A DNA stretch of 64,000 nt from the human T2T-CHM13v2.0 reference genome, Homo sapiens. The stretch lies in the NCBI RefSeq assembly GCF_009914755.1, contig NC_060934.1; one strand, 5' to 3'. The notes beneath the pieces were generated by a model. That model worked only from the letters and a program-made list of their open reading frames with translations. It searched no databases and was not told where the DNA came from. Both the position numbers and the translations under genes were made by a program. This document shows, piece by piece, positions 46,618-59,440 of the stretch; within the stretch, counting starts at the first letter, position 1; every line of letters begins with the position of its first letter.

Positions 46618-49244
46618 AATTACAGATAAGAAACATGCTTGTTCTTTACCCTCTAAATTTGTCAACTAAATAAAATGGAGAAAGGAAGACAAGCTTCAAA
46701 GGCTACGTGGGAACCCAGAATTGGCACAGAGGGACACAGAGTGTGGGAACAGGTTTGAAGACCATTAAAGCATGGAAAACATCTGGTAAGTGATCCATTC
46801 GTCACTGCTTGGTTGCCAAAGAGGGTCCCTTAGCCAAGTTCTTTAATATGAATGTGAAAGTAGTAGATCTAATTCTATAGATCAGGGAAAGGAAAGACAA
46901 GAAAGTGGACACCATGGTCAAGGAAAAGCATATTCTTAATGCTCCCAAGGACTACATGTCTGTCTGCAAATGTCAATGCTTTAAGCATGCAACTAACAAC
47001 AAAAAAAAGAAGCCTTCCCTGATTACATTTTTCTCCCCCCTCCCTTTCTTTTTTTTCTTTTTTCTTTTTTTTTTTTTTTTTGGCTCTTCTCAGCTCCCAT
47101 TCTCACCAAGAAGTTTTAGCTCAAACTGGGAGGTAGAAACCCTGCCTGACCCAACACCACAGCCATCTCTCAACAAACTCATCTGCAAAAGCACACGGGA
47201 GGGAAAACAGCAAAGCCACGTGCCAGCAAACCTCAGGCAGCTCTGTTGCTGTTCCCAAGCCAGGCAGGTCCTGGCTTCCAGGATCATGTTCCCACTGGGA
47301 TTAGGACAAGAACCAGAAAATGCCAGAGGCACACAGCTTTGGGGGCTCCCCAGGTGCCAATATACCCCTTACCGAGAATATTTTTTTAAGGTTGAATGGT
47401 CTTTACAGCTTTTTCTAAATCAATAGTTCAAGTAATTATTAAATGCCAACTATGTGTCCTACATTGCAATAAATGCAGCAAGGTCTTTCAGGCCCGTCAA
47501 AGACGAGGGGAGCCAAGAACATTGGGAATAACAGTGAATGATTCTTAATAGAATCCATGTGGATGCATGACAAATGTCCCACATTGCCAAGCCTGTTGAC
47601 ACAATATGAAAAGCCCTTTGCTTGGGATAATTGTCCTCTTCACCAATAGACATAACATCATATACAAGACTCTTCAAAGAGCCAGCTAAGCTTTTCACTT
47701 AGTACTGTGGCCTTGGAGATGCTGAGAACTGCAAAAATAGTCCGCAGATTTCAAAACCACTCAAGGCAGCGAGGGGCTTTCAAAATTGCTCAGACATGTG
47801 TTTGGCTGGTCTAGGGTGGCTCTCCTGGAAAGAGGCCATGCTGAAGCTTCGAAGCCAGCAGAGTGCATGCCAGACTTTCAGTGGCTAGCAAGGAATGGAA
47901 TTTTAATATCCAGGAATGAAGGAAGAGGGGAGAATAACAAATGATCTGACATCTGTTATTACATTGCTCTTGCATCATGCGAGGAAATCCCTGCCTTCTG
48001 CAATGCAGCCTTCTCAGTTGGGTCTTCAAATGTAAGACTGCCTTGACCTTGTATCCATTTGCACTTCTGCCAGCTGCATACATGTGTGCCTTCTTGCCGC
48101 AACCACACTCTTACTTGCACGGTACATGGCTTAGTTCTCAGACTTCAGACCTGGGAGTAAAGGCTGCCACCACCATTTATTAGCCAACTTATCTACCTTT
48201 GCAAAGCCTCAGTTTCTCCATCAGTAAAATGGGGATGACAACTAAATTATTTTAAAGATTAAAGATTCTTGCATTAAATCATTCACATAATACTCTTAGC
48301 TATTTTGGAAATGGCCCATGCCATATTTTTAAGAAGTGCCCGAATTATTTTATGATTAAAGGTACATTTAGGAGACCCTAATTTAGTTCATTAGTTTTTC
48401 TCTGGATAATTTGGGGCAGGGTTTATTTTTCTGAGGGTTATTTGGCAAGAAGATTCTTGATCATTCTCCCACAGGAAGTGGAAGACAACCCTGGGGCACT
48501 GGATTGGACTAGGTTTGAGGTTAAACCCTGAAGTGCTCTGGCACCTGAGATGCATTTCTTTAATTACTAATATGCTTGATGGTTTTTTCATAATTTTATC
48601 AAATCATCTTATTTCTTTCTAGTAGCTTGTTTTATATCCTTTGCTCATTTTCTTATATAGGATTAATTTTCATTAATCTGGAACAGTTCTTTACATATTA
48701 ATGATACACTTACTTCTTTTTCCTGCATGCAATTTTCTAGTGTTTTGTTTACTTTTTTTTGTTTACAACAAAAATTTAAAATTTTTATGTAGCTAAAGTT
48801 ACCGATTTTCCCCTTTGTAATTACTTTTAGGCTTAAAAGTGATTATACTGCTTTTAGGCTTAGAAAGTTTCTTCCCACTTGAAAATCAGTTAAATATCCA
48901 CCTGCAATTTTTTTTTTTTTTTTTTACATATTTTGGGGTGTGGTTCTTTGATTACCTTAAGCCTCTTAACCCATTTGGAAATCTTAGCCTAGTAACAGTT
49001 TTAAATGTTATAAATTGGCACAGACTTTTTAGAAAATGTTTTTGGAATGTGTACCAAACCCACAAATGAATTGGTATTCTTTGCCCCAGTAATTCCAATT
49101 CTAAGAATCTAATTTAAGAAAATGACAGGGCATGCGTCAGGCATTTCTACATGAAGACAGTCATCCCGATGGGGTTTATTATCACAAAAAATGGAAATGG
49201 CTGAAAAGTCTCTAATGGGTGGTAGGGTGAATAAATGTTCTGCA

Positions 49245-49445
49245 GCTACACGCTCCCATATGGTTACTATTAGCCATATATTAACTATGCAAATTTAAAT
49301 TTATTAAAATTAAAAATTCAGTTCCTCACTTCCATTAGCCATACTTCACTTGCTCAACACCCATATGTGACTAGTGGCTATTGTATTGGACAGCACAGGT
49401 GTAGAACATTCCCATTCTCATAGAAGCTTCTAGTGAACAGTGTTG
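49245..49445. mobile_element. MER3-like hAT MITE
   Basis: aaaattcagttcctcac…gtgactagtggctattgtattggacagcacag…agaacattcccat. Confidence 0.75.
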
Positions 49446-49956
49446 CTCTATGGCCATTAGAATCAGGTTTTTAAAGAATATTTAATGCCATAAGATATAT
49501 TCATAATATGGGGGTGAATAAAAACATCAGAATACAAACTATTCGGTAGTCACAGGAATTCAGACTGGTTGCAGTTAATTTAATCATAAATATCTTCAGC
49601 AAGTTATGTTTGTTCAGAGGAAATACAAACCCTGCCCCCACAAAAAAGCTGTGTTTTTTTTTTTTTTTTAGAAAGGAAAAGAAAGAACATCTGAAGATTC
49701 ATAGGTACCTAGGAATTAAATGAGATGCCTGAGGAAACCCAGCCCATGGTACCCTCTCAGTAACTGTTAAGTGATTCAAAATCCAAATGGCAATTATCAT
49801 ACTGATCGTATGTAAGCCTAATTAACACGGTATTCTGTGGTCCACAGTGGTCTTAAAAGAAGCCATGGTTATTCTTCTGTCAGCATCGATCATGCAGCCA
49901 TCAATGTCACAAAACAACTTGGTCAACGAATGGCATTTAAGAACTTGTAGTACACA

Positions 49957-50251
49957 GGGCCGGGCGCGGTGGCTCATGCCTGTAATCCCAGCACTTTGGA
50001 AAGCTGAGGTGGGCAGATTACCTGAGGTTAGGAGTTCGAGACCAGCCTGGCCAACATGGTGAAATCCCACCTCTACTAAAAATACAAAAATTAGCTGGGC
50101 ATGGTGGCGAGCACCTGTAATCTCAGCTACTTGGGGGAACTGAGGCAGGAGAGTTGCTTGAACCCCGGAGGCAGAGGCTGCAGTGAGCCGAGATCATGCC
50201 ATTGCACTCCAGCCCAGGTGACAGAGTGAGACTTCGTCTCAAAAAAAAAAA
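49957..50251 (+). mobile_element. Alu (AluS-like)
   Basis: Full Alu; TSD aagaacttgtag. Confidence 0.92.
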
Positions 50252-51339
50252 GAACTTGTAGCCCATAATGCGAAGAACTTCACAAGGTATTTGGTAAATA
50301 AGGAAAGGCTATGTGGCCTCTAAAACATCAATAAATATCAGCCACTATAAGAGAAAGCTTCACTTTGGTGTAACAAAAACTTTGGGAAAAACTTTGGGAC
50401 ACCTACAAGTAACTTGAGCCCTAAGTTTGGATTTCGCAGACACAGACAAGTACATGTTTACTGTGCTTGAGAAAATATAAAAGATTAAAAACTGTAAAAA
50501 ACGGAAAATCCTAAAACATCACAGAGGAGATTTGAAAAAGAACTTAAATATTTTCTTTAGCTTCCCAGTAAGAACTAAAAAAGCTAAACAAATGGGGTTT
50601 TAAAAAAATCTTTAAAGTAGCAGAAAGCAAACAAAACAGTGAGAAAAAAAATCTGAGAGAAGATGCAAATTTTAAGAGGTGAGCTCAGCATTTGGGACCA
50701 CTTGTGTCTCAAGGATGTTTGTCAAGACCGAAGAGACACCTGAGAGGCCGCACATCCCCTCTGTAGCTTAGGGGTGCTCTGGCAAATCTACACTGTGTGC
50801 AAAGCAGAAATATGCCAGCTCCTAAGAGTTCTGCAGTCCAGCTTCGCGCCATTTGGGCTGCCCAAACACCTCCATCCCTGAAAATGGACTAAAGTAATCC
50901 CAGATTTTTATTCCCCCAGAGATCTGACAGAAACAAGCCCAAACCTTCTCTAGAGGAACAGACCATTATCTTAGGCCTCAAACTATTTCTACAAACAGAT
51001 TTTCAAATATTATGTTCATCATTCGATGACTGCCAGTGTAGAATACCATACCTAGTAAAAACTATCCTTAAAGGATAAAAGTAAAATAAATCATTTTCAG
51101 ACAAAGACAGAGAATTATTTTTAAAAATACGCTCATGGATGATGTTCCTCATGCAAAAGAAAAGGAACCCAGATGGAAAGTCAAGAAAGCAGAAGGAAGA
51201 AAAAGTCAAAAATGGAGCAGTTGGCAGGTTGCGCTCTGGACGAGCACGTGATGTTAAAGAACCACTAAAAGCTGATTCACAGAGCAAGGTTATTTTCCCC
51301 CTACATTAGTTCGACATTATATTTGGCTATCCTCTAAAA

Positions 51340-51564
51340 CAAGCTTGTCCAACCCCTGGCCCACAGGCCACATGCAGCTCAGGTCAGCTTTGAATGCAGC
51401 CCAACACAATTTCATAAACTTTCTTAAAACATCGTGAGATTTTTTTGCGTGATTTTTTTTTTAGCTCATTAGTATTGTTAGTGTGAGTGTATTTTATGCA
51501 TGGCTCAAGACAATTCTTCTTCTACCAGTGTGGCCCAGGGAAGCCAAAAGACTGGATACCCCGG
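51340..51564 (+). mobile_element. MER30-like hAT MITE
   Basis: caagcttgtccaaccc…gtggcccagggaagccaaaagactggataccc; TSD ctctaaaa/ctctgaaa. Confidence 0.85.
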
Positions 51565-51935
51565 CTCTGAAAGACAATAGTTAAACCCTAGTCTCACTTC
51601 ATATTTTGAAATATGTTTTTGCTCTATTGGAGTGTAGGAAAACCAGATGCCATGAAAAACCAGAAAGCCATGGAAAACCATGAAAGCCATGAAGATACAG
51701 ATTTCACTGCCAGATTTTTAAAATATAAATGGCCAAAGAAGCCATTTATAAAGTAGTAGATTGAGATTGAGAAAAAATAGTTGCAACAGTTTATCAGCTA
51801 GGAGTAGGTTCAACTGCGTGTGAGGCAGGACCTGGAGGTGGACGCAGGTTGGACAGAGAGTTTCTATGAGATTTGAGATAGTATCTCACTCATTAAATCA
51901 CAAATGCATTGTGAATTGTATAAAAAAATGAAAAA

Positions 51936-52245
51936 GGCCGGGCATGGTGGCTGATGTCTGTAATCCCAGCACTTTGGGAGGCCGAGACAGGTGGATACCT
52001 AAGGTCAGGAGTTCCAGACCAGCCTGGCCAACATGATGAAACCCTGTCTCTACTAAAAATACAAAAATTAGCCAGGTGTGGTGGAGTATGCCTGTAATCC
52101 CAGCTACTCAGGAGGCTGAGGCAGGAGAATCTCTTGAACCCAGAAGGCAGAGGTTGCATGCAGTGAGCTGAGATCACGCCATTGCACTCCAGCCTGGGCA
52201 ACAAGAGCAAAACTCCATCTCAAAAAAATAAATAAAATAAAATAG
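51936..52245 (+). mobile_element. Alu (AluS-like)
   Basis: Full Alu. Confidence 0.92.
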
Positions 52246-52951
52246 ATAATGAATTTTAGAAGACAAACTAACAGATTCATGTTTTTGAAGAATGTAAAGA
52301 TATTAGCTGGTCTGGCAGCCAGTAGCTCTGTTTTCTATTATGTGAGTTTGAAATGTATCGTATATGAAAGATTCTGACATTTATGATAGCAGAATAAGAT
52401 AAGAAAGTCTTTTCCAGTGGTTTGTAAGAAAAGCATAAATAGTCATATTTTCAGGAATCTAATTTTTCGACATAAACTACGTGACCCCTGAATGTCTCCC
52501 CACCACCCTGGAATTTTAAGATTCATCCTAAATTTTGTGACATCAGTCCTGACTTACTGTGACCTGAGTTCTTTATTCTAAGGAGGCTTCCAATGATTCT
52601 ATTCCACTGTTCTCAAAGGAATCATCGCTGAACAGAATTACTCCATCAATGATAGTGCTGAGGACTGGCCCTGTCGATGGATTCCTGTCTCACTTACATT
52701 ATCCACTCTGCCAGTGCTGTTTATTTCAAGGGGTTTCTACAGCACGTCCCTCTGCTCTCTTAAAACCACCACGCTGAAATACAGTTTATGTCAAATGACT
52801 TAACTGAATCCGCTCAAGAAGGCTTTCCATAGGCAGGAATCGCTGGATGGTAAAGCTGACGTTTGGCATCTACCGAACTTTATTCGCAAAGCAAGTCATT
52901 GTCCCAGGCAAAAGCGAGAGAGGAATAAATGGGCGGTTGGCACTCACTCAC

Positions 52952-53068
52952 CTGCCGGAGTTTGGTTCCCACCATAGAAGCACTGCTGTCAAGCACGAAT
53001 ACCACATTCTTGGGTAAAGGAGGAAGGTCTTTAGGAGCAAAGTAGTGCACAAAATAGCCATTTAGAAC
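52952..53068 (-). CDS. ITIH5: ITIH5 exon 7 (117 nt): [39 protein letters not shown], start of vWA with MIDAS DxSxS
   Basis: Acceptor ttttccctccaccag|GT; donor GCAG|gtgagt; ORF 52880..53119; phase 0-0. Confidence 0.97.
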
Positions 53069-53515
53069 CTGGTGGAGGGAAAAGAAAGTAAAAACGGTAG
53101 TACCTAGAGCGGGGAGCAAAAATACCTGAAGTGGGTAGTCTATGGAATTTCTAAAAGTTAAAGCATGACAAAGAGTTTAGGGTGAGATTCCACACCCGGA
53201 GTAAAATTATCTAAGGCCCTGATCCCTCCAAGAGAACTAATTGCTCATTTAATCTGTATAAGGGTAGACTCTTCCCTTTAAAATTGATCAGTGATGACTA
53301 CCAGTTCAAGTTTAATTATCCATCCCTTGGACTTTTGCTACTTGAGAATTCTGCTTCCTTCATTATGTTTTTTTTACCAAGCATCTTACAAGTTGAGACA
53401 TCAAGATTCTCTACATTCTGGATGCAATTAATAGGTTTTAATATCCCCACCCTGTCTCTGGAACAATAAGACCTAAAGGGAAATGAGCAGCCTCTTTTAA
53501 TTAAAATGGAACATG

Positions 53516-53810
53516 GACCAAGCGCGGTGGCTCAGGCCGGTAATCCCAGTGCTTTGGGAGGCTGAGGGGGTCAGATCACCTGAGGTCAGGAGTTCGAGAC
53601 CAGGCTGACCACCATGGCAAAACCCCATCTCTACTAAAAATACAAAAATTAGTGGGGCGTGGTGGTGGGTGCCTGTAATCTCAGCTACTCGGGAGGCTGA
53701 GGCAGGAGAATTGCTTGAACCTGGGAGACGAAGGTTGCAGTGAGCCGAGATCGGCCACTGCACTCCAGCCTGGGTGACAGAGTGAGATTTGGTCTCAAAA
53801 ATAAAATAAA
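53516..53810 (+). mobile_element. Alu (AluS-like) in intron 6
   Basis: Full Alu; TSD taaaatgga(a/g)cat. Confidence 0.92.
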
Positions 53811-54082
53811 ATGGAGCATGAACTAAAATTCTAATTTCATCTAAAACACCACAGGGAGCTTTATATTACAGATTTCACTTGCGCTGCAGATTACTGAAGC
53901 TGGAAATAGGTTCCCTCAGCAAAAAAATACCGCTAGTCTCTTTGAAGAAATACTTTGGATTAAAACAAATTTACTAAGAAGCAGAAAGTTCTCTCTCCCT
54001 TAGGTAAATATTGGGATCCACAGTATGAGTCTGTCCAAAGTACCAACCAACCAACATGAAATAGCAACGACGATCCTATTAC

Positions 54083-54252
54083 CTGGATGTCCCCAATGCT
54101 CTGTTCTCTATTGACGTCATATCTAATGATAAAGTCTCCCAAAATTCCATTCTGGGCAATCCTGGCTTGTTGTACTACAGTAGGTTTAAAAATTATGTTG
54201 GCAAATGTTTCATTTTGGTTAATGACAGTAGATGGGGGAGGCCCAGAATCAT
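54083..54252 (-). CDS. ITIH5: ITIH5 exon 6 (170 nt): (D)DSGPPPSTVINQNETFANIIFKPT…EQSIGDIQ
   Basis: Acceptor ctatcttgtttgcag|AT; donor CCAG|gtaata; ORF 53960..54262; phase 1-0. Confidence 0.96.
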
Positions 54253-54449
54253 CTGCAAACAAGATAGAAACATAATTAATAACTTAATATATATTTTTCC
54301 AAAAAGAAATAAAAACTGTTTGGCAGACACAGAGTTTTAGATTTCATTTTATTACAGGCTTGTATTTCACAGGAACTTCTAAGACTGTACTCATATATCA
54401 CAATGCGAGAGTTATGTCATCATATAGTTTCCTCTTATGCCTCTTTTTG

Positions 54450-54930
54450 AACCTTTTCTTATGAACATTTTTAAAACACACAAAAGTAGAGAGAATAGTA
54501 AAATGAACCCCTGTACCCATCACCCAACTTTAACAAACATCAGCATGTTACCAACCTTTTGTATGTTTTTATCTATTCCCCATTTTTTCCTAGAGCATTT
54601 TAAAACAAATTCCAGACACCATATTTCATCCATAAATACTCCAGTATGTCTTTACCTGTAAGAACTCTTTTACTAACATAACCACAAAACCATTATCACA
54701 AGTAACAAAATTAATGCTCAATGCCCTATTATTATCTAATTCTCAGTTTGTATTTAAATTTATCTGATTCCCTAAAGAAAGGGTCTTGGTATGGTTGATT
54801 TGCTTGAATGAAGATTAGAAGAGTCCCCAATCACATTCCATTTTTATTTCTTGCTTCTTTTAATCTCCAGTGTCTGCCTCCACCTCTTTTGTGATGCTGC
54901 ATATATGTGATAAATCGCTGGTCATTTGTC
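54450..54930 (-). mobile_element. Old L1M(C/E) 3' fragment
   Basis: caaaagtagagagaatagtaaaatgaacccctgtacccatcacccaac…cattttaaaacaaattccagacacc. Confidence 0.65.
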
Positions 54931-54956
54931 CTATGGGATTTCTCTTTTTCTGTATT

Positions 54957-55238
54957 CCTTTTTTTTTTTGAGACAGCGTCTCAATCTGTCACCCAGAGCG
55001 CAATGGTGCAATCACAGCTCACTTTTGGACTCAAGTGATTCTCTCACCTCAGCCTGCCAAGTAGCTGGGACTACAGGCACACACCAGCATACCTGGATCA
55101 TTTTTTGTTGTTGTTTTTTGTAGAGACAGGGTCTTGCTATGTTGCTCAGACTGGTCTTGAACTCCTAGGCTCAAGCCATCCTCCTGCCTCGGACTCCCAA
55201 AGTTCTAGGAGTACAGGCGTGAGCCACCATGCCCGGCT
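54957..55238 (-). mobile_element. Alu (AluJ-like, with internal deletions)
   Basis: Antisense Alu. Confidence 0.88.
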
Positions 55239-56239
55239 TACGGCTCATTAAAAAAAAAAAAATTCTCAAAGCTTTTTCACATGAAATTTAGGATATAAAT
55301 TAGAATTACAGAAAGATAAACAGATAAATGGATATTATGTAATTTATGAAAACCTAGTGTGATGACAGATTAAGCAAAGAGCATCCCATCTTTTAGTCCT
55401 GACCTTCATTTCCTGTTAGAACACAGAGAATTATTTAGCAAACTACTCACGTTTATAAACCCAAACAACACCATATCTATGTACTTAGCAATAAAACCCC
55501 AAAAGATGAGGTCTGCATGCACCCTGGAGAACATGAAAACATAAACAAGAATTCTTAATCATAAGGGCATGTGGAGGCTTTTTATCCAGATATTGAATCA
55601 AAGCCAGACTTAAAACTGCTGCAAAGCCTCTGATTATCTTTTTAAATGTACTCAAGTTGATAGCATGAAATAGGCTGACCAGCCATTTCCCATCTCCAAT
55701 TAGCAGAATGAAAAAGGAAATGAGGCGTTAAGTGGCCACAGTAATTTGTATTTAAAAATAAACTTCCTTCTGCTGAGGGTTTATTAGACACACAAGTCAA
55801 AGGAAGTTTAAACATTTCCTTTAACAAAATAGGCAATTATTTTTCAGAGACAATTTAGGTGTAACCTTAACAGGAACCACAAGGTAGAACAGATTCTTCT
55901 ATTATTTGCACTTATCAAGGACAGGGATTTTGGAAGTGATCAGAGAGCCAGCAAAGAGAAAAGGTTATTTTTGTAGGGAGACAGTTACATAAGAGAGAAC
56001 ACGAGTCCACAGATCTGCTCATCTGAAGGAGTTGGGAAAATCCAGACAGTGCATGGACAGGTGGCACAGCCCAGGTCACTACCAGCATGGTTGAAGATGC
56101 CTTAGACCCATTAGACAGGACAAAGAAACGGGTGCTGAAAAAGGAAAAGTCCTTGAAATTAAAGGAAACTGCATGCTGTCCAGGGTCAATCTCTCATTGG
56201 TGGTCATTGTTAAAGCACCCAGAGTGACAGGCATCATAA

Positions 56240-56468
56240 TATATCAGCTAAGAACGCACGATCATGGTCAGAAACCTGCATTCAAATATTGGTTTCACTT
56301 CTTAACAGCTGTGAGACTTTGAGCAAGTTACTCGGCCTTGGTTATCTCATCTGTAAAATGGATTAATGATAGTACCAATCTCACAGTATTGAAAAGATCA
56401 AGTGATGTCACGTACTTAGCACCATTTTCCAGTTCACAGTCAGCAGTCATGCTAGCTTATATCATTAC
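56240..56468 (+). mobile_element. MIR abutting the LTR
   Basis: gctgtgagactttgagcaagttact…ctcatctgtaaaatggattaatgatagtacc. Confidence 0.75.
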
Positions 56469-56830
56469 TGTATCAGTCCATTTTCACACTGTTATCAAGA
56501 AGTACCTGAGACTGGGTAGTTTATACAGAAAAGAGGTTTAATTGACTCACAGTTCCGCATGGCTGGGGAAGCCTCGGGAAACTTACAATCACGCAGAAGG
56601 CAAACGCAAAGCGAACACGTCTACAAGGCGGCAGGAGCGAGAGACAGAACTGGGAAGCGCCGGACTTTTAAACCATGAGATCTCGTGAGAACTCACTCAC
56701 TATCACGAGAACAGCAAGGGGGAAATTCACCTCCATGGTCCAATCACCTCCCACCAGGCCACTCCTCCGACACATGGGGATTACAATTCGAAATGCTATT
56801 TCCGTGGGGACACAGAGCCAAACCATATCA
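56469..56830 (-). mobile_element. MaLR solo LTR (THE1D/MSTA-like), sense to ITIH5; candidate internal promoter
   Basis: Minus strand runs TGATATGGTTTGGCTCTGTGTCCCCAC…GATTGTAAGTTTCC…TGTGAGTCAATTAAACCTC…GGACTGATACA; 5-bp TSD attac/atttc. Confidence 0.92.
56551..56560 (-). CDS. ITIH5: Coding part of an LTR-derived alternative first exon of ITIH5: ATG CGG AAC T| giving MRNY then DSGPPP of exon 6
   Basis: gccATGCGGAACT|gtgagt inside the sense LTR; phase 1 matches the exon 6 acceptor. The implied 728-aa product agrees with my unverified recollection of an annotated isoform. Confidence 0.7.
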
Positions 56831-56864
56831 ATTTCCAACCTTAACTATATAAAATAGAAGGAGG

Positions 56865-57172
56865 GGCCAGGCCCGGTGGCTCACGCCTGTAATCCCAGCA
56901 CTTTGGGAGGCTGAGGCGGGTGGATCACCTGAGGTCAGGAGTTTGAGATCAGCCTGGCCAACATGGAGAAACCTCGTCTCTACTAAAAATACAAAAAATT
57001 AGGTGGGTGTGGTGGCTGTAATCCCAGCTACTCAGGAGGCTGAGGCAGGAGAATATCGCTTGAACCAGGGAGGCGGAGGTTGCAGTGAGCTGAGATAGTG
57101 CCATTGGACTCCAGCCTGGGCAACAAGAGCAAAATTCCATCCCACCACCCCCTACCCCCGCAAAAAAAAAAA
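56865..57172 (+). mobile_element. Alu (AluS-like) with a C-rich tail
   Basis: Full Alu; TSD aaaatagaaggag. Confidence 0.92.
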
Positions 57173-57897
57173 TAGAAGGAGCAATTACATATACAACTAT
57201 AAACACAAGTCAAACTTGGGATACCACAAGGCAATAAAAACAAAAGAACTAATATTGCTATTTAGAACATGGTTGAACCTCACAGTCTTCTTGAGTGAAA
57301 ATATCAGATACAAAAGCGCATGTTCTCTCTGCTTCCATCTGCATAAAGTTCAAGAGGAGCATGAAATACCCATGGCAACTGGAGTAGAACACTGCTGACC
57401 TTTGAAGGCCTGCTCAGGACCAGGAAAGAGCACGTGGTAATTTTGAGGAAGGGTGAAAATATTCCATGTCTTGAGGTGGAAGGCAGTTGAATGAGGGTAT
57501 ACCTATGTAAAATTTTATCAAGCTGTACACATGACATTTGTACCGTTTATGGTGTATGTACACCCCAGTTATTAACATTTAAATTTATTGTTAGCAAAGT
57601 AGATTAAACAGGCATTCCCCGGCATGGAACATAACAATGTTATTTGCCAAACAGACCCCTCTCTGTCCTTCTCCTTAGGATGAATGTGCATGGGCATTTA
57701 TTAAATGAGGATTAGGTGTGTCCAGAGCAATTCCAGCCGGCAGAATTAGGACCAGGGAGAGAGTTTCCGGGAGGCACTTTTCAGCGCAGTGTCGGTGAAC
57801 CCTAAGAAAGCTGTCCTGTTGGGATCGGCCGCCTTCACAACCCATCCCATTAGAAGGGCTCAAGTGAACCCTGGAATAATCCCCCCCACGAGGGTGT

Positions 57898-58060
57898 AGA
57901 GCAGTTCTCACAGTGTGATCTTGAACCAGCAGCATCAGCAGCTCCTGGGAACTTGCTAGAAATGCCAATTCTCAGGCCCACCCCAGAAACTCGGAGTCAG
58001 AAACTCTGGGGATGGGACTCCGCCATTTGTGTTTTAACGAGCCCTCTGGGTGATTCCGGT
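57898..58060. mobile_element. MER5A-like hAT MITE
   Basis: cagcagcatcagcagctcctgggaacttgctagaaatgccaattctcaggccc…gttttaacgagccctctgggtgattc. Confidence 0.85.
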
Positions 58061-59249
58061 TTTTGCCCATAGAAAATAGGCATGTAGCTTACACATGGTC
58101 TGTGTGCCTTACACATAGAAAAGTGTCAATAAAATGTGTTGTATGCAATTAGGCAGCACTTAGATTATCTCTAAGATTCTACAATAATTAGATTAGACTC
58201 TCTTTATGCTGCCAGCATGTACCTACTTAGTCTTGCTTCCAATCTCGTGAAAATGCTTTTTACAAGCTCCCTGAATTAATACCATTCATGGCTGAGTAAA
58301 AGCACTGGGGATTAGAAAGTATAATTTCTCTGTCCATCATTCACTCGACTAGGCTCTTTGATATGGACCATGAGGAAGGATACTGTATGATTATTTTGGC
58401 TTCCTAGTGACCTCTGGTTTTACTAGCTCATGATGAAAATTCATGAGATTCAACTAAATGGGATTATTTTACACACCCAAAGAATGGGTTGATTCTCAGT
58501 TTGGTTACTCACCAAGGAGCCTGGTTCCTGAGGCCAACCACCACCCAGGAAGAAGCAGACAGTAAATGTGACCCAATAAATTTTTCACTACTTTTTTTTT
58601 AAGTTTACTGGGAGCAATTCCAGAGGAGCATCTCTAGAAAATAGAATCATCTTTTTATTAAGGGGGAAAAAAATCTGTTAAGTAGGTTCATATGGGCTGT
58701 TCCACCGTTACTGACCAAAATCCCAGAGCAGAAGAACATGACTCCGTTTTTCCTTGCTGTGAATGGGGGCTCACCCTGCTTACCGCCACAGATATTTCCT
58801 AAGCACAAAAATGAGTGTCACCCGCAGGGTCATCAGAGTCACAGGTTAATGAAGACCGCAAGGAAAGACATTGGTGCAGAACAAAAAAGAGGAAGAATCT
58901 GACCCACTTGTCTAATGAGAACCCATGTCTCTTTCCTCCTTCGTGTTCTCTCCTTCTTGCCCACTTCTATGGTGAGCTGGAGCAGCTGCTCCGATTTGAG
59001 GGAGGCCAAGTCTTCTAATCCCATCTTCCTGTCTTCATGCAGGCATTGGTGATCCCATGCAAGACAACCCCAGGGACACACAACTGCCTCTCCTGCCCTC
59101 AGGAAAATTCATTCATGCTCTTCCTCCACTCACTGACTCTTCCCTGCCTCTCAGGCCACCAGGACTCCCAGGGGGCTCTCTTCTTTTCTAAAGCCCAGTA
59201 TTTTAGAGCAAGAAGTTTTGTGTTATCTTTGCAAACTACAGAATACCAA

Positions 59250-59440
59250 AGAGAGTGGGTTCTAGAGTGTGACTGAATCAAAACGACTGACTTAATATTC
59301 CTGAGCTTCAGTCCCACATCTGTTACATGGAAACAATTCCACAGTCACAGAATCATTGTTGAGATGTAGTGAGATCTCATATGTAAGGTACCCCGTGTGG
59401 TGCCTGGCAGACAGTAGGTGCTCAATACATACTAGCTCCA
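59250..59440 (+). mobile_element. MIR
   Basis: tcctgagcttcagtcccacatctgttacatgg…gtgcctggcagacagtaggtgctcaata. Confidence 0.7.
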
